Positions 48,601-62,129 of a DNA stretch of 64,000 nt are shown here, one piece after another (position 1 is the first letter of the stretch; every line of letters begins with the position of its first letter). The stretch lies in the NCBI RefSeq assembly GCF_044704955.1, contig NC_091978.1:327174001-327238000 (forward strand), in the 5' to 3' direction. Under the pieces are notes generated by a model. It did no database searches. It was not told the DNA's origin and saw only the letters and a program-made list of their open reading frames with translations. The position numbers and the translations under genes are program-made. Source of the stretch: Pristiophorus japonicus (taxonomy: Eukaryota).

Positions 48601-50700
48601 AAAGAAATCCGTTAACATCTCCCCCCTGCAGATGTCTGTGAACTTACAGAGGCTGTCCAAGCGCCGAAGGTCTACAACGAAGTCCGGTATGCTCTGTCCT
48701 TCCCGACGTCGGTGTGTCTCGAATCAGTGTCGGGCCATGTGTATACTGCTCACCGGTTTGAGGTGCTCACCGATCAGTTTGCTGAGCTTTTCAAAGGTTT
48801 TGTCCGCCGGCTTCTCGGGTGCGAGCAGGTCTTTCTTCAGCGTGTACGTCTTAGGTCCACAGCTGGTCAGTAGATGCGCCCTTCGCTTGTCAGCCACTGC
48901 TGCTCTCAGCCAGTCCTTCGTGACAAAGCTCTGGTGGAGCCTCTCAACGAAATCGTCCCAGTCCTCACCAAAACAGTACTGTTCCTCTGTGCTACCGGTG
49001 ACCATTCTCGTGAGTCGTTGATTCACGTTTCTCGTCGCCAAATGTAATGTCTTACACACTACTATAAGTTCACATGAGGCACATTCTGCAGATAAGGTCA
49101 CTCTGTGACCTGAACCTTTATTCACAGGACCAAGAAGTGATGACCCTGCGTGAGACCTTCCTTTATATACCTGGATGACCAGGTGAGGAGTGTCTCCCAC
49201 AAGTTCACCCCCTATGGTCAAGGTGTGCATTTTTTAGGTGTATACAGTATGCAATGTTGTTATGAAGGTTACAGTTACATGAAGGTTACACACATGACAG
49301 GACCATCGCCCGGTACCATGCAGAATGGTAGCTTGAGCACTGCTCCATCGCAGGAGACCTTTACGGTAGCACTGCCGATTACAGGAATCAGTTCTTTAGT
49401 GTAAGTTCTTAGTTTTGTGTGAACTGGAGTTAAGACTGTCCTTTCGAAAGTCTTTTTGCCCATAATAGACTGGCTCGCGCCCGTGTCCAGCTCCATTGGC
49501 ACGGGGAGTCCATTTTGTTCAACATTCAGCAGTATCGGGGGACAATTCGTGGTGAATGCGTGCACTCCATGTACCTCTGTCTCCTCTATCTGAGGCTCTG
49601 GTTCATCGTGACCCTCCATGGATCTGTCCTACTCTGCAACATGGTGGTTTGCAGGTTTACCAGGCTTTGCAGCTCGCCTGCACACTCGTTGGAGGTGTCC
49701 CATTGTTCCACAGTCCTTGCAAACGTACTCTTTGAATCGGCATGAATGGAAATGATGATCACCCTCGCAGCGCCAACAAGGTGTTAATGGCCTTGCATTC
49801 ATCACCCTTGATGGTGGACTCTGAGTCACCTGCAGACGTGCAGCTGCAGGTTTGTGTGACCTGCCCTGTACGTTACAATTCAAAAACAAAATCACTTTGT
49901 TCACATTACTTGTAGCAGCACTTGTGTGCTGAGAGATTTGCTTCGTATTGTCACTGGTGGCAATGAACGCCTGGGCTATCGCTATGGCCTTACTCAAGGT
50001 TAGGGTCTCTACAGTTTGTGAAGTATGGTTTCATGGCCAATGTCAAGTACGAAAAAGTCTCTGATAATGTGCTCCAAATGTCCTTCAAATTTGCAATGTC
50101 CTGCAAGGCGTCTTAGCACGGTGACATAACTCGCCACTTCCTGACCTTCAGATCTTTTGTAGGTGTAGAACCGGTACCTTGCCATCAGAACGCTTTCCTT
50201 TGGGTTCAAATGCTCTCAGACCAGTGTGCACAAATCGTCGTACAATTTCTCTGTGGGTTTCGCTGGAGTGAGCAGATTCTTCATGAGGCCATACGTTGGT
50301 GCCCCACAGACGGTGAGGAGGATCGCCCTTCATTTGGCAGCGCTCTCTTCCCCATCTAGCTCGTTGGCCACGAAGTATTGGTCGAGTTGCTCCACAAAAG
50401 TTTCCCAATCATCTCCCTCGGAGAATTTCTCCAGGATGCCCACTGTTCTCTGCATCTTTGGGTTCACGGGCTGTATCTCATCGCCAGTTGTTATGTATGG
50501 AGAAAGAGTCAGACTGAGCACTGTGAGCTCAAAGTAAAGTGTGACCTTAGTCTTTTATTGTAGGTCTCCAGAGTGCCTCTCCAATCTGTGAAGCCTCCTT
50601 AAATACCTGTGCTCCCAAGGGATTATGGGATCCCTTGGGACTCCAGGGGATGAGCCCTCTGGTGCCTGTACAGAGTAAATACAAGTCCACATATATAACA
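42653..50700 (-). mobile_element. Gypsy LTR retrotransposon (outer), with RNase H to integrase N-terminus deleted
   Basis: LTRs 42653-42864 and 50489-50700 (212 bp), PBS TGGCGATGAG, PPT GGGGGGGAGTG, TSD GTAGG/GTTGG. gag with CCHC, protease LDTGAS, RT FQDD. Deletion junction near 43662. Confidence 0.93.
44564..49299 (-). mobile_element. Full-length Gypsy LTR retrotransposon nested in the outer Gypsy
   Basis: LTRs 44564-44815 and 49043-49299, perfect TSD GGACC, PBS TGGCGACGAG. gag-PR-RT fragments and a 704-aa RNase H-integrase ORF 44791-46905. Confidence 0.95.
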
Positions 50701-52021
50701 GTTGGAAAGAGGTCAGAAAGTCGAGCAGAGGTTGTCATGCTGGGAGGGTGGGCAGTCAGGTCACTCAGGAAATAAAAATATACTGCCCCCCGTGGCCCCC
50801 TTTGTGGGGAATCTTCATCTCCTCATACTAGTCTTAATCTAAGGACAAAGATGAAAAGCTCAGTGGCTGAATTAAACAACACTGTTTTAGTTCCCGCCCC
50901 ATCATCACCAGTTCAGTTTTGGAAAGAGTTTCAACTGGAAACTTCTATGCTCGGCCCAAAAATACATGTGCCAATTTTTTTCCCTTGAAGCAACTCTGTT
51001 GACAATCAAATGAAGTCACGCAATATCATTTGGTGATTTGTAAGAACTTGGCCCTGGGATGAATTTTGAAACAAAACTAGGCCCCCTAATTTTCTTTTCT
51101 TTCAGATGTTGACTATAAATTAGCTTTATGAAGTGTCAATGACACCTGTCATCAAAACATATTCGAGCATTCCTTTATATCAAACATTTGTTTTCCATTT
51201 CTGTAAAATGTATCTGTTCTTTTTCCTGTGAAGGAGATCTGCTTAATGCTCTACTACTTTTGCCAATGTCGAATAGCTACTTTGGAACTATTGCCGTTAA
51301 TATTTATCCTCTCTGCTTCAGATGATCATCATTCGCTGGCTAAAAATACAATTTGGACTGTGATTAAATATTCCAATGTTATAATTCACCATTTATCTCA
51401 TTTATGTTTTCAAATTTATGTTTCCTGGCTTTGCAGACAGTGCTTTGACAATACATTGAATTCATTTCAGGTCATTTGACTGCTACTGAAGCTTTATGCG
51501 CCTGCTTGAAATTTCATTATTTTATCCTGGTGGATCTGCGGTAAACTGTAACCATATCGCAAATGCTGAGTAAGCCACAAATACCACAGTTGTGTTGCAA
51601 CAATATTGCTTACATTTGCATTAGAAATAATCTGTCAACATGGCTTCGAGCACTGTTGAATTTGACTTACGTTGTTAACCAACTAAACCAATACATTTAT
51701 TTTTCCCTTTTGAAATGATTTCCTCTTCTAATATTGATGGAAAAAAAACTTTGATAGAAATTGTGACTTAATGAAACAGTGACTGTTTTTTTTTCTCTGA
51801 ATCTTGAATTATTATTAACGGAGAAAATGCTAACTTTTTAAAACAGCACTGCGTCACTAGCTCAAATGAACAGAAAAGGCTGAATATGTAATATTCAAAA
51901 TGTTTAAAGCACAAAGATGTGAATCCAGTTTACAGTATGTTCAACCGAGAGCTAATCCCACTAAATACTAGGGATTTTTGATGCCGAGATCTAAGAGGCT
52001 TTGAAGTCTCATGCTGCGGGT

Positions 52022-52092
52022 TCAGTGATTTGAACCCAGATGTCTCATTGGCTCATCAGTGATTTGAACCCAGATGTCTCATTGGCTCATCA
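52022..52092. repeat. Perfect 34-bp tandem duplication
   Basis: TCAGTGATTTGAACCCAGATGTCTCATTGGCTCA x2. Confidence 0.9.
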
Positions 52093-54375
52093 ACAGTGCG
52101 GTTTCAGGAAGAAACAAAAACATTGCAATAATGTAAAATCTGCAGTTTCTACTGATAAGGTTTTGTTATAATTCCAGACACAAATGCTTTTTATAAATTT
52201 ACTGTAATCTCCACCAGGTCATCATAGGGTTCAAATACCCTGATAGTTACTTTGGAAACTCAAGCAGAATAAGATATTGCAGGATCTGGGTTATTTGTAA
52301 AGTTGGAGAATGTGTTACACGGAAAAGGAGCTGACACAAGTGGGAAGGGAAAACTGCACAAAATGGGGGGAGAATGAGTTCTAAGTGTCTCTGTCTTTCT
52401 CCTGAAACTTCTCATCAACCAACCTTGGGGTGGGGGGAGGAGGATTTTCAATTATTGTGTGAATTAGGCAAGCAGTATGAAGGGTATCTGTTTTGTTCTG
52501 CCCACCCGATGATGTTGATGGTGGATCACATCCACATTTGTGGTAGGGCCTCATTTTAATATTCAAGGCGAATTGCAAGCACTAATCGTACTCCCGATAG
52601 GCAGTTCACCCATTGGGAGGGCAGGAAATCTGATAGAATTTAAAGGCAGCCTGCACCTTCTAGTGCGCACTTTTTAACTGTCTACTGATAAGGTGATTGG
52701 AGCCAGGAATCCTACAATTGTGGATGGTGCCATGGAAATGCTCGAAGAGCATGTGAGCAGCAGGAAGAAGGTCCTCTTCCATAGTGATGGGCACCCAGAG
52801 CCTAGACAAATTTCTCAGCCACAATGTAGATGAACCGGTAGCATTGTTCCAAGATCCTGGCAGCAACTCAGAAAGAAAAGGATCCCACCAGCACAGCCCT
52901 GCACCACATATTTTAATCCAAACACCCTCTTCTGCTTCTCATGGCTCTTCTACAAGCACAACAGGACACTTTACTGCACCTCCCTCTGTTTGCACAGGAC
53001 CTGATACTGTCCTCATAAGTATTTCCTCCTCTTACCCACACCTGCTGCTTCTTCTTCTCAGCATGCACACTATACTAAGCTGTCTCACACATCTTCAGAG
53101 CCCTTCAACAGGGCACACACTAACCCAACGGGAGTGAGGTGACAAGATCAGGAGGAGGTCTGGCATTGATGCGAGTACTAACACCAACATGCGACATTGC
53201 AGATAAGAAGGCTGGAGGCCACACACAGCAGGGTTGTGGCAATCTTCCCTTATTTCTCTCTTTACACTTAACTCTCTCACTCACATACTCAGCATGATAA
53301 CCTGGTGGTGCATAGCACTGCCACTCATCTGCTACTGGTCACCCTTGCCACTGAGTGCTAACCCTTGATCCCCTCCCATGTTTCTAGATCCATTAGAAGT
53401 TTTGCATATTGCTTCAGCAGCCGCTGAGGAAAGGGACCCTCCCGAGGATGCATCATCAATCATCACTCACTTTCACCCTTTCAATCACTAACGCAGAAAT
53501 CAACACTCTACTTGTGAATTACTGGAATCTTCACTGGGTGAATCATCGAGCACGTGAGCAGGGACTGGTGGAATGGACAACCCAAGAAACAACTCAGTGG
53601 AGGGCAAGCTTGCATCCTAGCTTTGCTGAAGAGAACAGAGACGAAGACTACTGGGGTCCAGTTTATTAAAATTCCTCCTGTTCAACAAAATAGACTGCCT
53701 GCTGCAGAGCTTCTGCACCACGCAGGTGTCTGGAGGAGTGTATTGCTAATTTGTGTGGGGTTCTGGTGCATGGCATTAAAGCTCTGCAGTCAGCAATGGA
53801 GTGTGTGGCCACCTCAATGAACATGGTAGTTAGGTGCTCCATACAAGCATCTCTGGATACCAGTAATAGCATCTCGCAGAGATGCTCATACTGGCGCCAT
53901 GCAAGCTCTAGGCTCAACCATCTCCTCTACCTTGGTCAGCCTGGGAGACCAAATAGATAGGGGCTTCAATTGAATCATGGATTATGGATTTCCTAGTCCT
54001 GCAGATCAGTGGGAGTGCTGAGTCACAACCCTCTGGCAGTGGCAGTGGTGCAATGAAAGAAGCACATATTACCCTTACTCACAATGACAACGCGCTCGTC
54101 CTCTCAACTAAAGCCAGCCATAGTGCCAGAAAACCAGTTGGGTCAAACTAACCCAGCTGTCAGTGAGATATTGCAGCTTTCATTTGGGCTCTATGAAGAC
54201 TGACCTACTGCAGATCACCAACTACAAATATCTCATAAGCCCTTGACTGAGCCACAACAGCCAACCACTACTCATACTGCAGCCGTGGGGGGAGCACCTC
54301 GTATCAGAGTAGATAAGAGAGCACTTTACATAGGCACTACAGGCTCACATCAAGGGTGACCATTAGTATTAGGTG

Positions 54376-54840
54376 TCAGGTGTAGCTCATGTGGTAGCTC
54401 TCTTGCCTTTGAGTCCGAAGGTTGTGGGTTCATAGCTCCACTTCAGAGACTGGAGCACAAAATCTAGGCTAACAATCCTGTGGAGTATTGAGGGAATGTT
54501 CTGCTGATGGAGATGCCAAATTTCAGATGAATCCCATCTGCTTTCTCAGGCTGACATAAAAGATCCCACTGTACTCTTCAAAGAAGAGTAGATGAGTTCT
54601 CCCTCATGTCCTGGCCAATATATATGCCTCAACCAACATCACTATTAAAAAATGTATCTGGTCATTATCACATTGCCATTTGTGAGACCTTGCTGTGTGT
54701 TAATTGGTTGCTGTGTTTCCGACATTATAACAGGTACTACACTTCAAAATTACGACATTGGCCATAAAGCGCTTTGGGACATCTGAGGTCATGAAAGGCA
54801 ATATAAAATAGAAGTCTGCATTTCTTTTCTTTCTTTCTAT
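54376..54840 (+). mobile_element. tRNA-derived Deu-core SINE (SacSINE1-like)
   Basis: tRNA-like head (GTAGCTCATGTGGTAG..GTGGGTTCATAGCTCC), Deu core, and an L2-like tail AAGCGCTTTGGGAC..ATATAAAT. Confidence 0.7.
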
Positions 54841-55706
54841 TATGGCTTGTTAGGAGAATTATAAAATTATAATGCTTTTGAAACCTTTGTAGCAGAAAGT
54901 GTTCCAGAAGTAGCAGGTAACCCTGTAATAGTAGTTGAGATTAACACCAATGTTGGTCTTTGGACAGATGTTGTTTATTGGAGTCTGGAAGGAATGGGAC
55001 AGATATTGGACATGACTGTTATGCAAGAGATGTTCAACTGGGGATTGTTCAGCTGAAGAGATCTTCAATGAGCTGCTGCCAAAGAGCTCTCGCTGCTGAT
55101 GACTGTTGGACCCATCCTGCTTCCTCACCATCCCCTATATCACCAGTGTTACCTCCCTCATCATGCTGAAGATTCCTATCGAATGATGGCTCCAACTGTT
55201 GTTCCTACTGCACAGCAAAGTTATGCAGTATACAGAAAACCATTATCAAACAGGACTCACTCTGTGGGTTGTATTGTAAGAAGCCACCCATTCAGGCAGC
55301 AGAATCATTGCTTGAGGAGTCCAATGGTCTACTCAATGAGGGCTCTAGTTGAGCCGTAGCTTTGCTTGTAATGCCAGTGAATGTGGGTTTCTGAGACGAG
55401 TCATGAGCCAAATGTGCAAGGGATATCCTTTGTCCACAAGCAGCCAAAGAATAGAGGGGTTGAAGGATTGCCATATATTGAAAGCGTCATGGCAACTGCG
55501 AGGATAGCGCTGCTGATCATCACACACCAATTGCACATTAATGGAGTGGAAGCCCTTACGATTCATGAAGACAATGGGCTCCTCTGAAGGAGCCTGCAAG
55601 GTAAAATGGATGTAGTCAATAATGCTCTAGAATTGGGGGAATACTGCAATCTGATCAAAACCCTATCCTGCTCCACTGCATGTCCATGGAGAACATGATG
55701 AAAGCA

Positions 55707-57530
55707 TATAGGTATGTGAAGAGAAAAAGATGAGTGAAAACAAACGTAGGTCCCTTGAAGTCAGATTCAGGTGAATTTATCATGGGGAACAAAGAAATGG
55801 CGGACCAGTTAAACAAATACTTTGGTTCTGTTTTCACGAAGAAAGACACAAATAACCTTCCGGAAACACTAGAGGACCGAGGGTCTAGTGAGAAGGATAT
55901 CCTTATAAAGTGGGAAATTGTGTTTGGGAAATTGATGGGATTGAAGGCCAATAAATCCCCAGGGCCTGATAGTCTGCATCCCAGCTTACTTAAGGAAGTG
56001 GCCCTAGAAATAGTGGATGCATTGGTGATCATTTTCCAACAATCTATCGAATCTGGATCAATTCCTATGGACTGGAGGGTAGCTAATGTGACACCACTGT
56101 TTAAAAAAGGAGGAAGAGATAAAATGGGTAATTATAGACTGGTTAGCCTGACATCAGTAGTGGGGAAAATGTTGGAATCAATTATTAAAGATGAAATAAC
56201 AGCGCATTTGGAAAGCAATGACAGGATCGGTCCAAGTCAGCATGGATTTATGAAAGGGAAATCATGCTTGACAAATCTTCTGGAATTTTTTGAGGATGTA
56301 ACTCCTAGAGTGGACAAGGGAGAACCAGTGGATGTGGCATATTTGGACTTTCAAAAAGCTTTTGACAAGGTCCCACACAAGAGATTGGTGTGCAAAATCA
56401 AAGCACATGGTATTGGGGGTAATGTACTGATGTGGATAGAGAACTGGTTGGCAGTCAGGAAGCAGAGAGTCGGGATAAGCGGGTCCTTTTCAGAATGGCA
56501 GGCAGTGACTAGTGGAGTACCACAGGGCTCAGTGCTGGGACCCCAGCTCTTTACAATATACATTAATGATTTAGATGAAGGAATTGAGTGTAATATCTCC
56601 AAGTTTGCAGATGACACTAAACTGGGTGGTGATGTGAGCTGTGAGGAGGACGCTAAAAGGCTGCAGGGTGAATGGGAAAGATTAGATTAGTGGGCAAATG
56701 CATGGCAGATGCAGTATAATGTGGATAAATGTGAGGTTATCCATTTTGGGGGCAAAAACACGAAGGCAGAATATTATCTGAATGGCGGCAGATTAGGAAA
56801 GGGGGAGGTGCAATGAGACCTGGGTTCATGGTTCATCAGTCATTGAAAGTTGGCATGCAGGTACATCAGGCGGTGAAGAAGGCAATTGGTATGTTGGCCT
56901 TCATAGCTAGGGGATTTGAGTATTGGAGCAGGGAGGTCTTACTGCAGCTGTACAAGGCCTTGGTGAGGCCTCACCTGGAATATTGTGTTCAGTTTTGGTC
57001 TCCTAATCTGAGGAAGGACGTTCTTGCTATTGAGGGAGTGCAGCGAAGGTTCACCAGACTAATTCCCAGAATGGCAGGACTGACATATGAGGAGAGACTG
57101 GATCGACTTGGCCTTTATACACTGGAGTTTAGAAGGATGAGAGGGGATCTCATAGAAACTTACAAGATTCTGATGGGACTGGACAGGTTAGATGCGGGAA
57201 GAATGTTCCCGATGATGGGGAAGTCCAGAACCAGGGGACACAGTCTAAGGATAAGGGGTAGGCCATTTAGGACTGAGATGAGGAGAAACTTCTTCACTCA
57301 GAGAGTTGTTAACCTGTGGAATTCCCTACGCAGAGAGTTGTTGATGCCAGTTCATTGGATATATTTAAGAGGGAGTTAGATATGGCCCTTACGGCTAAAG
57401 GGATCAAGGGGTATGGAGAGAAAGCAGGAAAGGGGTACTGAGGGAATGATCAGCCATGATCTTATTGAATAGTGGTGCAGGCTTTAAGGGCCGAATGGCC
57501 TACACCTGCACCTATTTTCTATGTTTCTAT
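55707..57530 (+). mobile_element. 5'-truncated CR1 inside the Harbinger transposase
   Basis: ORFs 55734-56690 and 56813-57379; TTTCTATGTTTCTAT tail. Confidence 0.92.
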
Positions 57531-57816
57531 TTGCTTGAAAATCTGCCATCTATCACTTCCCTAATGCAGGCAGGAACTGCAGACCGACATATTCCCTGTG
57601 GCAGCCTGGAAGGTGTCGGAAACAAAGATCAGGGCTGTATTGACTTTGACTGCACCAGGCAATGCTGTGCTCTGGCAATTGGTTGCTCGGGATCTTATTG
57701 CAGGGGTTGACAAAACTCTGTGACAGCCTCCCTAGAGAGGCGCAATCTCCTTAGACACAACTCCTTAGAGAAGTGCAGGTATGTTAACTGTCATGTATGT
57801 ATGCTTGGGTTTACTA

Positions 57817-57832
57817 GCCACCAGGTGGCGCC
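57817..57832 (+). promoter_or_regulatory. CTCF-consensus motif in the Gypsy LTR
   Basis: GCCACCAGGTGGCGCC matches the CTCF core CCACCAGG(G/T)GGCGC. Confidence 0.55.
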
Positions 57833-59949
57833 ACTGTCGGAGGTCATTGGGCTATGCGCATGTGTGTGCGGCCCAGGTATAAAAGGCCAGCCATCTTGTG
57901 ATGTAATTACTTTGGGCCCTAATAAAGTAGAGCCAGGTTTGTACCTGTTCGGAGTTTACAGTATTCAGTCTATTGAGTTATTGCATACACAACATTTGGT
58001 GATGAGGTAACAAGAATCTTTGCATGCAAAAATGAGAACAATTGGAATTCTGGAATGATTTGTGGAGGTAGAAGATTGGGCAGACTTTGTAGCCCGCTTG
58101 AACCAGTACTTCGTGGCCAATAAAATGGAGAAAGAGGCAGACGCGGTTCTGCGCGGGCGGTCCTCCTCACGGTTTGCGGTCCGAAAATCTATGGACTCAT
58201 AAAGAATCTCCTCTCACCCTTAAATCCAATGTACAACGACTATGAAACATTGTGTGCTCTGGTATGTGACCATCTCAAACCAGATGAAGGCATCATCATC
58301 TCAAGATATCGATTGTATACGCACGTTCGTTCTGAGGGCCAAGATGTATCGGAATTCGTTGCCGACCTAAGACATCGAGCTGGACCGTGTAAATTCGAAA
58401 CTGCGTTGGCAGATATGCTGCGGGGCTTCTTTGTAATCGGCATCAACCATGAGGTGATCCTGCGTAAGCTACTGGCGGTGGAGACACTGGATTTGAGCAA
58501 GGCCATCACAATTGCCCAATCATGCATGATGATAGACAAAAGCATAAAGCAGATATCATTGAAAAATCAGAACTCGGCAAGTACTGTGAACAAGATAGTA
58601 TTGTCGATTGGCAGAGTTACATATGGCAGGGCCTACCCGACTGCATACGCAAAACTTGTGGCTGCTCAAAGTCCGCCAATGGGAATGAATCCGATATCAC
58701 CGTGTTGGCATTGTGGGGGAAATCATCGGTATCATCAGTGTCGGTTTATACAGTATATTTGTAAAGGCTGTTCGAGAGTGGGGCATCTCCAACGCATATG
58801 TCCGCAACTGAGCAAGCGTGCTGTGACACACCAGGTGGAGGATGATGACCAGTCTAGCGTGGATCCGGATATGCAATTCGAGATACCAGAGAAGGAAGTA
58901 TATGGACTGTATTCGTTCCTAACAAAGAGCCAACCGATAACGATTAATGTAAAACTTAATGGTGAGCCGGTATCGATGGAATTGGACACGGGTGCGAGTC
59001 AATCAATAATGAGCCAGAGGACATTCGACAGGCTGTGGGATACTAAGGCTGTGAGGCCTAAGCTGAGTCCAGTCGATGCCAAGTTGCATACATACATTAA
59101 AGAAATCATAATGGTGATTGGCAGTGCAGTAATCAAGGTGTCGTATGATGGTGTGATTCAGGATTTACTGCTATGGATTGTTCCAGGCAATGATCCAACG
59201 CTGTTCGGCAGGAACTGGTTAGAAAAAATCAAATGGAACTGGAACGAGATCAAAGCATTGTCGTCTTCGAAGGATACTCCATGTGCTCAAGTGCTGAGCA
59301 ATTTCCCCTCGCTGTATGAACTAGGCATCGGCAATTTCATGGGAGCCAAGGTGCAGATTCACGTGGATTCAGATGCAAGACCTGTCCATCATAAAGCTTG
59401 GGTAGTTCCAGACATGAAGAGGAAGAAGGTTGAAATCGAACTGGATAGACTCCAGCATGAAGGGATCATATCAGCGGTTGAATTTAACGAGAGGGCCAGC
59501 CCCATTGTTCCCATGTTGAAAAGTGATGGCACTGTCAGGATTTGTGGAGACTACAAGGTTACAATCAACCAAGTTTCGAAACAGGATCAATACCTGTTAC
59601 CAAAGGCTGATGACCTGTTTGCAATGCTAGCCAGGGGGAAGTCATTCACAAAACTGGATCTGATGTTGGCCTACATGACACAAGAGCTGGTCGACATGTC
59701 GAATAAACTTACGTGCATCAACACTCATAATGGACTATTTATCTACAACAGGTGCCCTTTTGGAATTCGCTCAGCTGCAGCCATATTTCAGAGGAACATG
59801 GAGAGTCTACGAAGTCCATCCCCAGAACTGTCGTGTTCCAAGATGACATATTAATCACAGGTCATGACTCTGCCAAACATCTGAACAACCTGGAAGAGGT
59901 TCTATATCGTCTGGACAAAGTGGGACACAGACTGAAATGCTTGAAGTGC

Positions 59950-62129
59950 TAAAGTAGACTGGGAATACAGACTAAACAGTGGCACAATCGAAGAACAGTG
60001 GAGGACTTTTAAGGAGCTCTTTCATAGTGCTCAACAAAAATATATTCCAGTGAAAAAGAAGGGCGGTAAGAGAAGGGATAACCAGCCGTGGATAACCAAG
60101 GAAATAAAGGAGAGTATCAAATTAAAAACCAATGTGTATAAGGTGGCCAAGGTTAGTGGGAAACTAGAAGATTGGGAAAATTTTAAACGACAGCAAAGAA
60201 TGACTAAGAAAGCAATAAAGAAAGGAAAGATAGATTACGAAAGTAAACTTGCGTAAAACATAAAAACAGATAGTAAAAGCTTTTATCGATATATAAAACG
60301 GAAAAGAGTGACTAAAGTAAATGTTGGTCCCTGAGAAGATGAGAAGGGGGATTTCATAATGGGAAATGTGGAAATGGCTGAGACCTTAAACAATTATTTT
60401 GCTTCGGTCTTCACAGTGGAAGACACAAAAACCATGCCAAAAATTGCTGGTCACGGGAATGTGGGAAGGGAGGACCTTGAGACAATCATATCACTAGGGG
60501 GTAGTGCTGGACAGGCTAATGGATCTCAAGGTAGACATGTCCCCTGGTCCTGATGTAATGCGTCCCAGGGTATTAAAAGAGATGGCGGAAGTTATAGCAG
60601 ATGCATTCATTATAATCTACCAAAATACTCTGGACTCTGGGGAGGTACCATCGGATTGGAAAGCAGCTAATGTAACGCCTCTGTTTAAAAAAGGGGACAG
60701 ACAAAAGGCAGGTAACTATAGGCCGGTTAGTTTAACATCTGTAGTGGGGGAAATGCTTGAAGCTATCATTAAGGAAGAAATAGCAGGACATCTAGAAAGG
60801 AATAGTGCAATCAAGCAGACGCAACATGGATTCATGAAGGGGAAATCATATTTAACTAATTTACTGAAATTCTTTGAGGATATAATGCGCATGGTGGATA
60901 GAGGTGTACCGATGGATGTGGTGTATTTAGATTTCCAAAAGGCATTCGATAAGGTGCCACACAAAAGGTTACTTCAGAAGATAAAGGTACGCGGAGTCAG
61001 AGGAAATGTATTAGCGTGGATCGAGAATTGGCTGGCTAACAGAAAGCAGAGAGTTGGGATAAATGGGTCCTTTTCGGGTTGAAAAGTGGTGGTTAGTGGT
61101 GTGCCACAGGGATCGGTGCTGGGACCACAACTGTTTAGAATATACATAGATGACCTGGAAGAGGGGACAGAGTGTAGTGTAACAAAATTTGCAGACAACA
61201 CAAAGATTAGTGGGAAAGCAGGTTGTGCAGAGGACACAGAGAGGCTGCAAAGAGATTTAGATAGGTTAAGTGAATGGGCTAAGGTTTGGCAGATGGAATA
61301 CAATGTCGGAAAATGTGAGGTCATTCAACTTGGGAAAAAAAACAGTAAAAGGGAATATTATTTGAATGGGGAGAAATTACAACATGCTGCGGTGCAGAGG
61401 GACCTGGGGGTCCTTGTGCATGAATCCCAAAAAGTTAGTTTGCAGGTGCAGCAGGTAATCAGGAAGGCGAATGGAATGTTGGCCTTCATTGCGAGAGGGA
61501 TGGAGTACAAAAGCAGGGAGGTCCTGCTGCAACTGTATAGGGTATTGGTGAGGCCGCACCTGGAGTACTGCATGCAGTTTTGGTCACCTTACTTAAGGAA
61601 GGATATACTAGCTTTGGAGGGGGTACAGAGACGATTCACTCAGCTGATTCCAGAGATGAGGGGGTTACCTTATGATGATAGATTGAGTAGACTGGGTCTT
61701 TACTCCTTGGAGTTCAGAAGGATGAGGGGTGATCTGATAGAAACATTTAAAATAATGAAAGGGATAGACAAGATAGAGGCAGAGAGGTTGTTTCCACTGG
61801 TCGGGGAGACTAGAACTAGGGGGCACAGCCTCAAAATACAGAGGAGCCAATTTAAAACTGAGTTGAGAAGGAATTTCTTCTCCCAGAGGGTTATGAATCT
61901 GTGGAATTCTCTGCCCAGGGAAGCAGTTGAGGCTAGCTCATTGAATATATTCAAATCACAGATTGATAGATTTTTAACCAATAAGGGAATTAAGGGTTAT
62001 GGGGAGCGGGCGGGTAAGTGGAGCTGAGCCCACGGCCAGATCAGCCATGATCTTGTTGAGTGGCGGAGCAGGCTCGAGCGGCTAGATGGCCTACTCCTGT
62101 TCCTAATTCTTATGTTCTTATGTTCTTAT
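59950..62129 (+). mobile_element. 5'-truncated CR1 ((TTCTTATG)n tail) inside the Gypsy RT
   Basis: ORF pieces 60050-62027; the Gypsy frame (KC|VF) resumes at 62130. Confidence 0.92.

Larger units (their letters stand above)
52540..57788. mobile_element. Decayed PIF/Harbinger DNA transposon (boundaries uncertain)
   Basis: Minus-strand transposase remnants NRKGFHSINVQLVCD..SCHDAF..WLLVDKGYPL (55345-55599) and TALPVAVKVNTAL..FQAATG (about 57590-57670). Possible convergent Myb/SANT-gene remnant on + at about 52730-53960. Confidence 0.7.

Noticed and set aside
52022-52092. CRISPR-like repeat
   Set aside because: Two adjacent copies with no spacer in eukaryotic DNA; a simple tandem duplication.
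55345-55599. Domesticated HARBI1 gene
   Set aside because: Stops, deletions and CR1/Gypsy insertions show it is a dead transposon copy.
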